In this document: positions 1-8,003 of the stretch, piece after piece
Layout: each line of letters begins with the position of its first letter
Numbering within the stretch: the stretch's first letter is position 1
From: a virus
Taxonomy: Duplodnaviria; Heunggongvirae; Uroviricota; Caudoviricetes
Length of the DNA stretch: 64,000 nt
Virus record (IMG/VR): IMGVR_UViG_3300045049_000056
Span: 1 to 64,000 of that record
Strand: one strand, 5' to 3'
Notes under the pieces: generated by a model
What the model saw: the letters and a program-made list of their open reading frames with translations, nothing else
What the model was told of the DNA's origin: nothing
The model's database searches: none
Program-made: the position numbers and the translations under genes

Positions 1-47
1 TAAAAGTGCATGACATCTTCAATCGTCTTGTCCACTTTAGCTCTCCG

Positions 48-254
48 TTAGTTGTTACGCAAATATCTAGCAGCTTGAATATAACTCTTCATTTGCACCG
101 GAAGATTCCAGCAAGCTTCAAAGCTGTATGTTACCCCATCTTGTACAATCTCGGAAGGCCAGTCTTTACCTAACGACACGATTTCGATGTAAGCGTACAA
201 CTCGCTTCCTTGTACGCTCAAAATTGTAATTTCATCCAGCGACATTTCAGCCAT
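48..254 (-). CDS. hypothetical protein (68 aa)
   Basis: Track ORF 48..314 starts at TTG. Internal ATG at 252-254 is preceded by GGAGGG 5 nt upstream, so it is the likely true start. Confidence 0.5.
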   Translation of the reverse strand: MAEMSLDEITILSVQGSELYAYIEIVSLGKDWPSEIVQDGVTYSFEACWNLPVQMKSYIQAARYLRNN

Positions 255-317
255 CCCGCCCTCCGTTGTATTGTTTGGTACATTGATTGTAGAGAGGAAA
301 TGGCTGTTAGTCAATGA

Positions 318-584
318 TTAATTTTGATTATTTTGAACACCTGAGCCCACAGCGGTTGCTCTTTCGTCGGCAAAGTAGTGCTTCGGGAAGCGCATCGCCT
401 TGATGTCGCGCAGCGCGTCGATGCAGCCACGGCAGTTGCACGGATGGTCTTCGGCGTCGTGGTCTTCCACGCCGGAACAGTCCACGTAACCGCACAGGGT
501 CTGTTGCATGTTGTGCACGCCGGGGATGTGGTACACGCCGCGTTCTTCGCCGGTGACTTCCACGGTGGTGTTGACGCGCGCCAT
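318..584 (-). CDS. Cys/His-rich putative zinc-binding protein (88 aa)
   Basis: ATG at 582-584 overlaps the stop of the upstream gene. Motif CGYVDC...HPCNCRGC suggests metal binding. No family recognised. Confidence 0.5.
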   Translation of the reverse strand: MARVNTTVEVTGEERGVYHIPGVHNMQQTLCGYVDCSGVEDHDAEDHPCNCRGCIDALRDIKAMRFPKHYFADERATAVGSGVQNNQN

Positions 585-1024
585 CACGCACCGCCTTCCT
601 GAACAACTGCGTCCGCAGCGGGTGTTCTGTCGGCGAGGAATGCCCCAGCTTCGCGCAGTGCGACAGCCATCGGGCCGTCTTTGTGTCGGTCCAGTTCGGC
701 GCGCAGTTCTTCGGGGCTGAGTACTGCCATTTCGTCCAGAACCTTTCTCAGCGCCTCACGCACTGACAGGCCGCCTGCGTTGGCAGCGGCTGCTTTATTA
801 CTCTCTGTTGGTGAGCACTCAGGTGCAGTCGCATTCGCGCCAGCGGGTGCACTATTAGTTTTGCTACTCTCGGCAACAAATTGCAGGATTTCTTTCAATT
901 TATCAGTCTTCTCCTGCTGAGAGTGTGCAAACACCGTACGCCCCATTTCACGATTATGCTTGGCAGCAGACTCAAGCGTCTGTGCAGCTTCTTCAATTGC
1001 TGCGATGTGTTGTTGTGTGAGCAT
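584..1024 (-). CDS. hypothetical protein (146 aa)
   Basis: Track ORF 584..1063. Internal ATG at 1022-1024 has a GGAGG RBS 6 nt upstream and starts MLTQQHIAAIEE. Confidence 0.55.
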   Translation of the reverse strand: MLTQQHIAAIEEAAQTLESAAKHNREMGRTVFAHSQQEKTDKLKEILQFVAESSKTNSAPAGANATAPECSPTESNKAAAANAGGLSVREALRKVLDEMAVLSPEELRAELDRHKDGPMAVALREAGAFLADRTPAADAVVQEGGA

Positions 1025-1025
1025 G

Positions 1026-1118
1026 TTATTCCTCCATCTTTGCAAGTTTGTAAAGAAGAACAAAGAATCCAGTACCTAATATAGTGACTGAACCAATTAA
1101 AGCAACTTGTGTGAGCAT
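1026..1118 (-). CDS. 30-aa hydrophobic micropeptide (MLTQVALIGSVTILGTGFFVLLYKLAKMEE)
   Basis: GGAGGA RBS 7 nt upstream of ATG. One predicted TM helix. Stop TAA lies 1 nt before the next ATG. The first 4 codons are duplicated by a 16-nt direct repeat. Confidence 0.35.
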   Translation of the reverse strand: MLTQVALIGSVTILGTGFFVLLYKLAKMEE

Positions 1119-1131
1119 GTTAGGGTTCCTC

Positions 1132-1383
1132 CTAGCGATATACGCCAAAATGTTGACGCACATATCCGGCTATCCATTCATCACTTGCTTCTTTTGCAGC
1201 GCCAGACAAAGTTTCGAGAAAATCTTGTTCATCTTTCACATGCTCAAGCACCACTTCCACAGCTTGGTGTCGAGCGTCACGATGTCCTAATTTGTAAATG
1301 AACTGTTCGGCAGGGGTCCAATTTTCATCGCGAATCTTGCACGGAATATTCATCAGGGATGCGTTGAGCTTGTCAATATTCAT
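1132..1383 (-). CDS. hypothetical protein (83 aa)
   Basis: Track ORF 1132..1395 (TTG). ATG at 1381-1383 follows a TGGAGAA RBS. Confidence 0.5.
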   Translation of the reverse strand: MNIDKLNASLMNIPCKIRDENWTPAEQFIYKLGHRDARHQAVEVVLEHVKDEQDFLETLSGAAKEASDEWIAGYVRQHFGVYR

Positions 1384-1384
1384 A

Positions 1385-1600
1385 TCATTCTCCAATTTCC
1401 TTCATAATACTCTCAGGAACACCCATCATCTCAAGAGCGTCACGATAAGCTTCCATTTGTGCACGATGCCACAATGCGGCTTCAACTGCATCTAAAGGAA
1501 ATGGAGCATTCTCCCATTTAGCCTCGTCTGCAACAGCTAAACGTTTTTCAATGATGCGAGTGCCATCAATCCAATATTTGGGGATCATATCTTTGTACAT
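1385..1600 (-). CDS. hypothetical protein (~71 aa)
   Basis: Track ORF 1385..1615. AGGAGG lies inside its 5' end, so the internal ATG (MYKDMIPKYW) is the likely start. Confidence 0.5.
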   Translation of the reverse strand: MYKDMIPKYWIDGTRIIEKRLAVADEAKWENAPFPLDAVEAALWHRAQMEAYRDALEMMGVPESIMKEIGE

Positions 1601-1611
1601 GTTATTCCTCC

Positions 1612-1944
1612 TCATTCATAAACCGTTCGTGCAGGAATCGCCTTCTCTTTGATGTAGCCGAAGCGCAGCAGCAGAGGAGTCCACAAGGAATCGGGTTGTG
1701 CCCATCCATCAAAGCGATCTTTGGAACGCAGCCACCATGAGTAGTTGAGTGCTACCATGTCCTCTAAAGTTTCGATAGTGTCTTGGTTGTCGTATCTTTG
1801 GAAAGCTACCCACTTACCGTCTTGCTGGCAGATTGTAACACCGCTGCTCTTGTAGAAGCCTTCGATGCGGAACTTTCCATCCTTTTGCAGAGTGACTGGG
1901 ATTCCTTCTTCAACCAGTTCTTCAATGAATTGTGGGATGCGCAT
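1612..1944 (-). CDS. hypothetical protein (110 aa)
   Basis: ATG-initiated ORF tightly packed in the leftward operon. Confidence 0.55.
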   Translation of the reverse strand: MRIPQFIEELVEEGIPVTLQKDGKFRIEGFYKSSGVTICQQDGKWVAFQRYDNQDTIETLEDMVALNYSWWLRSKDRFDGWAQPDSLWTPLLLRFGYIKEKAIPARTVYE

Positions 1945-1946
1945 GT

Positions 1947-2159
1947 TTAGTCCTCCAGCAGAGAGTTGATGTCAAAAGGGTCATCCTCAACACTACAGGC
2001 TTTCAGCGCCTTGACTAATTTCTTCGCAACATTTAACGTGAATTCGTAGTCTTGAGCACTATCATCGATAGCTATGATTAGGTTTTCTGCGGCTTCAAAA
2101 CCCCATGCAACAACCTGCTCAGCCAGTGCTTCTACATTAATTTCTGATGTGATTTGCAT
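1947..2159 (-). CDS. hypothetical acidic protein (70 aa)
   Basis: Track ORF 1947..2276 overlaps the upstream gene by 116 nt. Internal ATG at 2157-2159 has a GGAGAG RBS and directly follows the upstream TGA. Confidence 0.5.
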   Translation of the reverse strand: MQITSEINVEALAEQVVAWGFEAAENLIIAIDDSAQDYEFTLNVAKKLVKALKACSVEDDPFDINSLLED

Positions 2160-2160
2160 A

Positions 2161-2466
2161 TCACTCTCCAAATTTAGCTTTGAGGCGTTCGTATTCTGCA
2201 CGTTCGCGTTGTTCTTTGGTCTGCTTTGCAATATGTTCTGCCGATACGCGGGTTGAATATTCTTCATCAGTTTCAAGTCGTCGCTGGACGATTGTTACAC
2301 GAGCGTAAGTATCACCGTATTCGTATGTTGTGTCTATATCAAGTGTTGCATCAGGTCCGTATAGCCGAATCCACGTGTTCAGTGTCTCGACGACAACGGC
2401 TAACTTTTTACCATCAATCTCATCTTTCACGTCGGGTGTGCACTTTAGCACCACTTTTTTGTCCAT
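2161..2466 (-). CDS. hypothetical protein (101 aa)
   Basis: ORF with ATG start in the leftward early operon. Confidence 0.55.
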   Translation of the reverse strand: MDKKVVLKCTPDVKDEIDGKKLAVVVETLNTWIRLYGPDATLDIDTTYEYGDTYARVTIVQRRLETDEEYSTRVSAEHIAKQTKEQRERAEYERLKAKFGE

Positions 2467-2549
2467 GTTATTTCTCCTTGGTTGAATTCTTAAGAGTCTT
2501 CAGTTTATTCTTATGAATCTTAGCTGTCAAGCGTTTTCGTGAGCACAAA

Positions 2550-2578
2550 AAGAAAAAGCCCCAGCCGAAGCCGGGGCA
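2550..2578 (-). terminator. intrinsic terminator (8-bp GC stem, UUCG tetraloop, U-tract)
   Basis: Minus-strand RNA GCCCCGGC-UUCG-GCUGGGGC followed by UUUUUCU, just downstream of gene 2611..3282. Confidence 0.6.
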
Positions 2579-2610
2579 AACATGCATGGCACTGCATGAG
2601 GTGGAGGGTG

Positions 2611-3282
2611 TTACGTGATGGTTTGCAGCAGTTTAGCAAGCTTCAGGGCCAGTTGCATCGTAGCTTCGTCCACTTGCTCTTGCGTCACACCCGGACCCGG
2701 CACAACAGGTTGCATGAGGGTTGGCGATTCAGCAGCCGTCTTGCTCAGTTCGTCAAGGTAGCGCTTCATTGCGGCCTCGGAGCGCTTGTTCGTCTTCTTT
2801 TCATACTTGCGTTTGCCGGTAGTAGCTTCTTTCTCAGCAGCCGAACGTTTGATCGTAGCACCGTGAGGCTTGTCAGCAGAAGCTTTCTGTTCGTTCTGTG
2901 CAGGCTTCTTCGTTTCTTGGTCATGCAGGTCTTGCGCAAGCTGTTGAAGAGTTTCAGGCTTGTCCTGCTTGTCTTCATCTTTCTGAACAAGCACAAGATT
3001 GGCATCGTTCAGCTTGCGTGGAGTCTTGACAGACTTCGGGAAGCGCTGACGAACCAACACATCATGTTCAGGAATATTCGCATGCTTGGCATAAGCTTGT
3101 GCCAGCTTCATAGCCTGCGCGGGATCGAGATGTTCAGTGTGCATGTAAAAATCGTAGCCCACTTCGATGTCCTTGCCGTCCATGAAGGCTTTCAGACGAC
3201 CATTACCAGTTGCTTTGCTGTCCACGTCGAAGATAACAGGCGTGTTGGTCAGCGGGTAGATACGTGCGATAACCTGTTTCAT
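2611..3282 (-). CDS. hypothetical protein (223 aa) with Lys-rich central segment
   Basis: GGAG RBS before ATG at 3282. N-terminal ~100-aa domain, then a K/E/A-rich low-complexity centre. Confidence 0.6.
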   Translation of the reverse strand: MKQVIARIYPLTNTPVIFDVDSKATGNGRLKAFMDGKDIEVGYDFYMHTEHLDPAQAMKLAQAYAKHANIPEHDVLVRQRFPKSVKTPRKLNDANLVLVQKDEDKQDKPETLQQLAQDLHDQETKKPAQNEQKASADKPHGATIKRSAAEKEATTGKRKYEKKTNKRSEAAMKRYLDELSKTAAESPTLMQPVVPGPGVTQEQVDEATMQLALKLAKLLQTIT

Positions 3283-3472
3283 AGTGATGCTCCTATATAG
3301 TGTTTGATTTCGTTAGATATGTTTGACAACTTCGACAGTGCTGCATCTCTTGCTTGCCTTCGCTGTGTTGCTGTCGATGTGGTCACTTTATCGCGTTCTA
3401 AACCACACGTCAACAAAAATTTTCATGAATCAGACAATTCCTACTATCTTTCTGTTCTGAATCATGGTAGGC

Positions 3473-3484
3473 GTGAATTTTCAC
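3473..3484. repeat. perfect 12-bp palindrome GTGAATTTTCAC
   Basis: Read directly in the noncoding island. Confidence 0.6.
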
Positions 3485-3488
3485 CCAC

Positions 3489-3510
3489 CTACTGTGCATA
3501 TAGACAGTAG
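3489..3510. repeat. inverted repeat CTACTGT-N8-ACAGTAG
   Basis: 7-bp arms read directly. Confidence 0.6.
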
Positions 3511-3666
3511 TTCAATTGACGTTCAGATACATATGTCAGACGACTCTTACAACGCAGCGTGAGAATCTTTCAAATCTCACCAATATTTGCTGTACAGACT
3601 GAAAATATCGGCGTATCTTGAACACATTGTCACTGTAACGAGATTGTAATTCTTACGCTTTCTCTC

Positions 3667-3683
3667 TTATGTGCGGCACATAA
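3667..3683. repeat. perfect 17-bp palindrome TTATGTGCGGCACATAA, with TTATGTGA half-site repeated ~20 nt downstream
   Basis: 8-bp arms around a single central nt. Candidate operator or origin element. Confidence 0.6.
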
Positions 3684-3989
3684 CAGATCATTGTTATGTG
3701 AGCCCTATCAAACCTACTAGGTAGAGCACACAAAGATAGGCGTAGGATGGAATGTGGGTGAATAGTGTCGCCAAGCTTACAAACCCTCTGAATTGAGGGT
3801 AAGGGGAAGTATTGCCTGAAAGATGCAGCCTAAGAGGTAGCAGGGGAGAGCCATGCCCAAATTTGACGGACGAGGATTCCGAAGGGCGAAGCTTTGCCTG
3901 AACGGCTGGGGAAGGAGATGTAGAGGGGTGGTGCGCTAAAACGCACTTTTCAGAAGGCGTAATCTGGAAGAGTGCAGTAAGATGCACAA

Positions 3990-4033
3990 AACTGGGAAAA
4001 TGGAAGACACCCCTCGTTGATCCCAAGGGGTGC
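3990..4033 (-). terminator. putative intrinsic terminator after gene 4063..4734
   Basis: Minus RNA CACCCC-N13-GGGGUG hairpin followed by UCUUCCAUUUUCC. Confidence 0.4.
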
Positions 4034-4062
4034 ATGATTCTGGCTCGCTGACGAGTTTTTAC

Positions 4063-4734
4063 TTATGAAATCGGTCCAAAATCCAAATTGATTTCCTTGT
4101 GCCACTCATCAAACATTTCTACAGCACGCTTTGCGCTATCAAAAATGTCTTGCAAATCTTCGCGCAAGTCTTTGTGACCACGCTGACCTCCCGCAAGAGA
4201 TTTCTTCGTAAGATGTTGCAAGCACGGATCAGTGACGTTGAACGCTCGCAGCACATCATAAACGTCTACCCACACACCCGGCTTAATTTCGCGGTGGTAC
4301 TTGTTTTTAGCAAGCTTTTCCTCTTCTGGATCAGGCATGTACGTCTGGAAAATTGCAGTCTGCATTTCGTCACGTAGCTTCTGCACCTCCGCCATGTGGT
4401 CTACAGATTCATCTTTGACGATTTCAAAACGATTTTTTGCCCACGTCATCGTAACTTCCTTTAACACAAAGTCAGCACCTTCATACTCACCAACCGCAGT
4501 GTAAACGTTACCGTTGCGAAGAAATCCATCGGAACCTTCATCATCGACGCATCGCACGTTAAACGGATACTTAGGTTGATCTTCTACGACTTCAAACCTG
4601 CCTACTCGGTATTGGGAGTCGTTGCCCATATCATTAGTTATTTCATAAAAGTCGCCCCAGCTATCTAACACATCATATGTTTTACCGACTGTGATATTAC
4701 AGCAACTCTCAGCGTTTACACATTTAACTTTCAT
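4063..4734 (-). CDS. DUF550-like protein (dATP/dGTP diphosphohydrolase N-terminal family-like), 223 aa
   Basis: C-terminal segment VDVYDVLRAFNVTDPCLQHLTKKSLAGGQRGHKDLREDL resembles the prophage DUF550 signature. This is recalled from memory, not searched. Confidence 0.5.
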   Translation of the reverse strand: MKVKCVNAESCCNITVGKTYDVLDSWGDFYEITNDMGNDSQYRVGRFEVVEDQPKYPFNVRCVDDEGSDGFLRNGNVYTAVGEYEGADFVLKEVTMTWAKNRFEIVKDESVDHMAEVQKLRDEMQTAIFQTYMPDPEEEKLAKNKYHREIKPGVWVDVYDVLRAFNVTDPCLQHLTKKSLAGGQRGHKDLREDLQDIFDSAKRAVEMFDEWHKEINLDFGPIS

Positions 4735-4763
4735 ACACCCTCCAAATATTCATAAGAAGCTGT

Positions 4764-4793
4764 AGAATACCATCAGCCACCTCTACCTGTCAA
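4764..4793 (-). promoter_or_regulatory. leftward early promoter (TTGACA-N18-TATTCT)
   Basis: Minus strand -35 at 4793-4788 and -10 at 4769-4764, ~30 nt upstream of gene 4063..4734. Confidence 0.45.
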
Positions 4794-4828
4794 GCCCTGC
4801 ACACATAAGAATTGGTAAGAAAATTGTG

Positions 4829-4857
4829 TTGACACGGATGAAGGATGTGTGTAGTAT
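4829..4857 (+). promoter_or_regulatory. rightward early promoter, class A (TTGACACGGA-N-TAGTAT)
   Basis: TTGACA 4829-4834, 17-nt spacer, TAGTAT 4852-4857, ~30 nt before gene 4890. Confidence 0.6.
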
Positions 4858-4889
4858 GAGCCTCGTTGAACAAACTTAAGGAGGTTGCG

Positions 4890-5198
4890 ATGAAAGAGTA
4901 TCCTGTTGGCAGCGTGTGCGTGATCGTGCAAGGTAATGGGAAAATCTTAGAAGATTTTGTGGGGATGGAATGCGTTGTAGAGGAGGGTATATACTCACGC
5001 GATGGTACAACTCCATGCGGAGAGCGTGTAACTGTTGTAGGATATGTCGTGAGCGCGAGCGGTTATCCAAATGGTCTGTTGGTAGAGCATGTAAATCTTA
5101 AGCTCAAGAAGTTCCCCGGACAGCTTCAATCATGGCTTGCAGAGAAGATAGACAAGCTGACGCAGCCTAACCCAAACATTGTACTGGAGGAAGTATGA
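4890..5198 (+). CDS. hypothetical protein (102 aa)
   Basis: Track ORF starts at TTG 4866. AAGGAGG RBS then ATG at 4890. Confidence 0.6.
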   Translation: MKEYPVGSVCVIVQGNGKILEDFVGMECVVEEGIYSRDGTTPCGERVTVVGYVVSASGYPNGLLVEHVNLKLKKFPGQLQSWLAEKIDKLTQPNPNIVLEEV

Positions 5199-5440
5199 CC
5201 AAAGAAGACTTGCTAGGTTTTTGCTGGTGCAGAGACTTCTCTTACACTGACTTGATGGCTGTTGCAAAGCTAGACAATTCTCCTGACATTCCTACCGCAG
5301 AAGAATACTACGCCTATGTGCAGAAGGAAAACCGCATTATGATGGATACGTTCACTAAAGCATACGTAGACGACACCCGCACACCAGAAGAGAAAGCTCG
5401 TCAGGAGATGTCCATAACTTTTGAGGACTGCACGCGATGA
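5195..5440 (+). CDS. hypothetical protein (81 aa)
   Basis: GGAGGAAG RBS. ATGA overlap with the upstream gene. Confidence 0.55.
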   Translation: MTKEDLLGFCWCRDFSYTDLMAVAKLDNSPDIPTAEEYYAYVQKENRIMMDTFTKAYVDDTRTPEEKARQEMSITFEDCTR

Positions 5441-5685
5441 AACTTGAAATCAATCTTAACGAAACTGTAGAAGTTGTGCTGACCAAGGAAGGCGCTAAGA
5501 TTTATAATAGGCGTTATGATGATTTAAAGTTTGTTAAGAACTTTGACATCAAACAGTTCAAAGAAGGTGACACGCTTAGGACTCAGATTTGGAGTCTGAT
5601 GCAAGATTTTGGTCCACATATCCGTCTTGGGTGTACGCCACCTTTTGAAGGTCTTGTAATGACGATAGTAAAGGACATCTCATGA
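5437..5685 (+). CDS. hypothetical protein (82 aa)
   Basis: ATGA-coupled ORF. Confidence 0.55.
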   Translation: MKLEINLNETVEVVLTKEGAKIYNRRYDDLKFVKNFDIKQFKEGDTLRTQIWSLMQDFGPHIRLGCTPPFEGLVMTIVKDIS

Positions 5686-5951
5686 CACCCCTGAAACCAT
5701 GCAAAGTGGCCTGTGAAAACTGGTGGTGGAATCGTAAGCTGCAATTGTTTCTCAACGAGCGCTACGGTGTTAAATGGGGAATTCCCGGAGAGTTTAAACC
5801 TTTCAACACCCGTCGGCGTGGTGAGTTCTTGTTTATCGTGCAAAATCCTAACAATCTTACGTGGTGGTTCAATTGGGGCACGGAGCGGGATTTTGCCAAT
5901 GCAGACTTGCCAGAGTTCACAGCTAAGCAGCTTATTGAGGAGTTGTCTTGA
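5682..5951 (+). CDS. hypothetical Trp-rich protein (89 aa)
   Basis: ATGA-coupled ORF. Confidence 0.55.
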   Translation: MTPLKPCKVACENWWWNRKLQLFLNERYGVKWGIPGEFKPFNTRRRGEFLFIVQNPNNLTWWFNWGTERDFANADLPEFTAKQLIEELS

Positions 5952-6358
5952 GCACCGGCAACGCGCTTCTCCTCGCTCTCATGCTTGCCAGCAGCGCTCA
6001 AGCCAAGAACGCTGACGACATCTGCCTTCGTGCCATCACATACAAGGAAGCTGGCAATCAACCTACACGCGGTGTAGCTGCGGTGATTCAAACTGTGCGC
6101 AACAGAGCACGTAAGCGCAAGAAGAGTGTGTGCAGTGTTGTGAAAGAACCACACCAATTCTCTGCTTACAAGAAGGGTATGAATTTAAGAAGCGTAAGAA
6201 TTCCTAAAAAGTGGTTGCACAAGTTCTCAGAAGCTAGTAAGATGCGTCCTGTTGTAGCAAGTTGTGTAGAGTTTTATCACACGGTTGCTGTGAAGCCTGC
6301 ATGGAGCAAAGAGAGAAAGTTTGTTGGGAAGATTGCTTCGCATAAATTTTATTGTTAG
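5948..6358 (+). CDS. SleB-like cell-wall hydrolase (Hydrolase_2 family) with signal peptide
   Basis: Hydrophobic N-terminus ALLLALMLASSAQA. Motifs ICLRAITYKEAGNQP...GVAAVIQTVRNR...VV.EPHQFSAY...HKFY match the SleB domain consensus. Starts at TTG after GAGGAG. Confidence 0.6.
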   Translation: MSTGNALLLALMLASSAQAKNADDICLRAITYKEAGNQPTRGVAAVIQTVRNRARKRKKSVCSVVKEPHQFSAYKKGMNLRSVRIPKKWLHKFSEASKMRPVVASCVEFYHTVAVKPAWSKERKFVGKIASHKFYC

Positions 6359-6366
6359 GAGGGGTT

Positions 6367-6549
6367 ATGAAAGATTTAGTTTTGCTTATTTTTAGCACTA
6401 TGGTAGCAATGGTTGGTTATACGATTCACGGCAGCATTTTTTGGGCAGTTGTAGATTTTGTATTCTCGCCAATCGCAATCATCAAATGGCTTATTTGTCA
6501 CGAAATCACTTTTGCAATCATTCAACAGACGTTTGCGTTCTTGTTTTAG
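6367..6549 (+). CDS. small membrane protein (60 aa)
   Basis: AGGAGGGG RBS then ATG at 6367. Two hydrophobic segments. Confidence 0.5.
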   Translation: MKDLVLLIFSTMVAMVGYTIHGSIFWAVVDFVFSPIAIIKWLICHEITFAIIQQTFAFLF

Positions 6550-6557
6550 GAGAAACC

Positions 6558-6881
6558 ATGAGTGTTAATCACAGTTCGTTTTTGGGCATTGGTCGTCGGA
6601 TGTATAGCATTGCAGAAGTGGAAACATTTCTACTGGCGAAAACAAAACTTACTGAGGAAGATATTAAGGAAATTAGGAAGTGTTGTTACGAGGGTGAAGA
6701 GTATGTAGAAATTACCTGCCTAGATCACTACAATGAAGACGATTGGTTTGTTGGCTTTTCTGTAGGTAAGACACAAGAACCTAACAAGATTGAAGACTGC
6801 GTAGCAAGTGCAAAGAACGCTTGGGAAGAAATGTTTCCTAACGAACCTGCACGAGTTGTTTGGGCTGTTATTTATAGCTAA
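6558..6881 (+). CDS. hypothetical protein (107 aa)
   Basis: TAGGAGAAACC then ATG at 6558. The track ORF 6441.. is an upstream extension overlapping the previous gene. Confidence 0.55.
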   Translation: MSVNHSSFLGIGRRMYSIAEVETFLLAKTKLTEEDIKEIRKCCYEGEEYVEITCLDHYNEDDWFVGFSVGKTQEPNKIEDCVASAKNAWEEMFPNEPARVVWAVIYS

Positions 6882-6890
6882 GGAGAAAGC

Positions 6891-7172
6891 ATGAAAACTA
6901 TTTACGAGTTTTACTGGAATTGTGGCCGTATGGGTTCTGTCGAAGGTACATTCATTGCAGACAGTGAAGAAGTTGATAACGCTATTGGCAAGAGCCTCTA
7001 CTTTGGCGAGATTCTTGGAAAACACAGTGAAGTGTATGGCACTCTTGATGAGGGCGATATTGTGCTGAAAACTCAAGATCAAGGGTTCATCAAATTGTTT
7101 GAAGAAATCATGGGTGAAGGTTGGTATAGCGGTTACAACCCTCTGCACTACCTGCCGGAGGACGAAGAATGA
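6891..7172 (+). CDS. hypothetical protein (93 aa)
   Basis: AAGGAGAAAGC then ATG. Confidence 0.55.
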   Translation: MKTIYEFYWNCGRMGSVEGTFIADSEEVDNAIGKSLYFGEILGKHSEVYGTLDEGDIVLKTQDQGFIKLFEEIMGEGWYSGYNPLHYLPEDEE

Positions 7173-7393
7173 CAGCCATTTACGCAATTCTCGACACGGA
7201 AACTGAGCAGTTTGTCATGGTGGCATCTGGTAAAGTCGCTTGGCCATCCGAACGAGCAGCAAAATCCGCTTACACATGCCACATGGGGCCAAATTACTTT
7301 CACAAGGATCGTAAGAATTTTAACGAGCAAGAGCGCTACAAAATTGTTGAATTGACAGAAGCTTATTTTCGATTGGAGGGATTGGACAAATGA
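7169..7393 (+). CDS. hypothetical protein (74 aa)
   Basis: ATGA overlap. Confidence 0.5.
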   Translation: MTAIYAILDTETEQFVMVASGKVAWPSERAAKSAYTCHMGPNYFHKDRKNFNEQERYKIVELTEAYFRLEGLDK

Positions 7394-7695
7394 CACTGGA
7401 ACAACTGCAAGAATACGTAAAACAACATCTCGACAGCTACGGCGATGGGTTTATTGGTGAAGATGAACTACCAGAAGACTTCACACTTGTTGAAGATGAC
7501 GAGTGGACGCAAGATCATAAATATCAATATCACGTTGCTGTTTACAAGGATGATGACGGAAACTATTTCAGCATTCAAAACACCCGCTCTGGCAGCTATC
7601 ACACTGACTGGCACTATGGAGAACCATACATCAGTCAAGTCAAGCGTGTTGAGAAGGTTGTGACGAAAACTGTTGTGTCTTGGGAGGCTGTGTGA
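7390..7695 (+). CDS. hypothetical protein (101 aa)
   Basis: ATGA overlap. Confidence 0.5.
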   Translation: MTLEQLQEYVKQHLDSYGDGFIGEDELPEDFTLVEDDEWTQDHKYQYHVAVYKDDDGNYFSIQNTRSGSYHTDWHYGEPYISQVKRVEKVVTKTVVSWEAV

Positions 7696-8003
7696 AGAAA
7701 ACTGTCGCAGTAAAAATCGAGAAGCAATACGAAATTGAGCTTCGTCCAGAGGTCTGCACACAAGAGTTTGTTAGTGAGTTTGAGAGCTACATGTGGGAGC
7801 TTGACGGTGACACTCTTGAAGAGAAACTGAATAATCTGTCTGCGTACGTTGGTCGGCAGATTGCACAGTATGATATGGATTTTGTGGAAGGTGTTGGCTC
7901 TGTATCTAGCAAATTTTCTTTGAAGCTTAAGGAAGATGCTGGGCACAAGATTGCTGCTGTGTACCAAGAAGTCTATGATGATGTTGAGACGGAGGTGGAA
8001 TGA
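7692..8003 (+). CDS. hypothetical protein (~103 aa)
   Basis: GGGAGG then GTG at 7692 (MKKTVAVKIEK). The track gives TTG 7680. Confidence 0.5.
   Translation: MKKTVAVKIEKQYEIELRPEVCTQEFVSEFESYMWELDGDTLEEKLNNLSAYVGRQIAQYDMDFVEGVGSVSSKFSLKLKEDAGHKIAAVYQEVYDDVETEVE

Noticed and set aside
2539-3300. 253-aa plus-strand ORF
   Set aside because: Antisense to the well-supported gene 2611..3282. Arg/Leu-rich shadow-ORF composition.
3694-4035. 113-aa minus-strand ORF in the noncoding island
   Set aside because: Pro/Ser/Leu-rich low complexity typical of translating the complement of a purine-rich tract. No RBS. Treated as noncoding.
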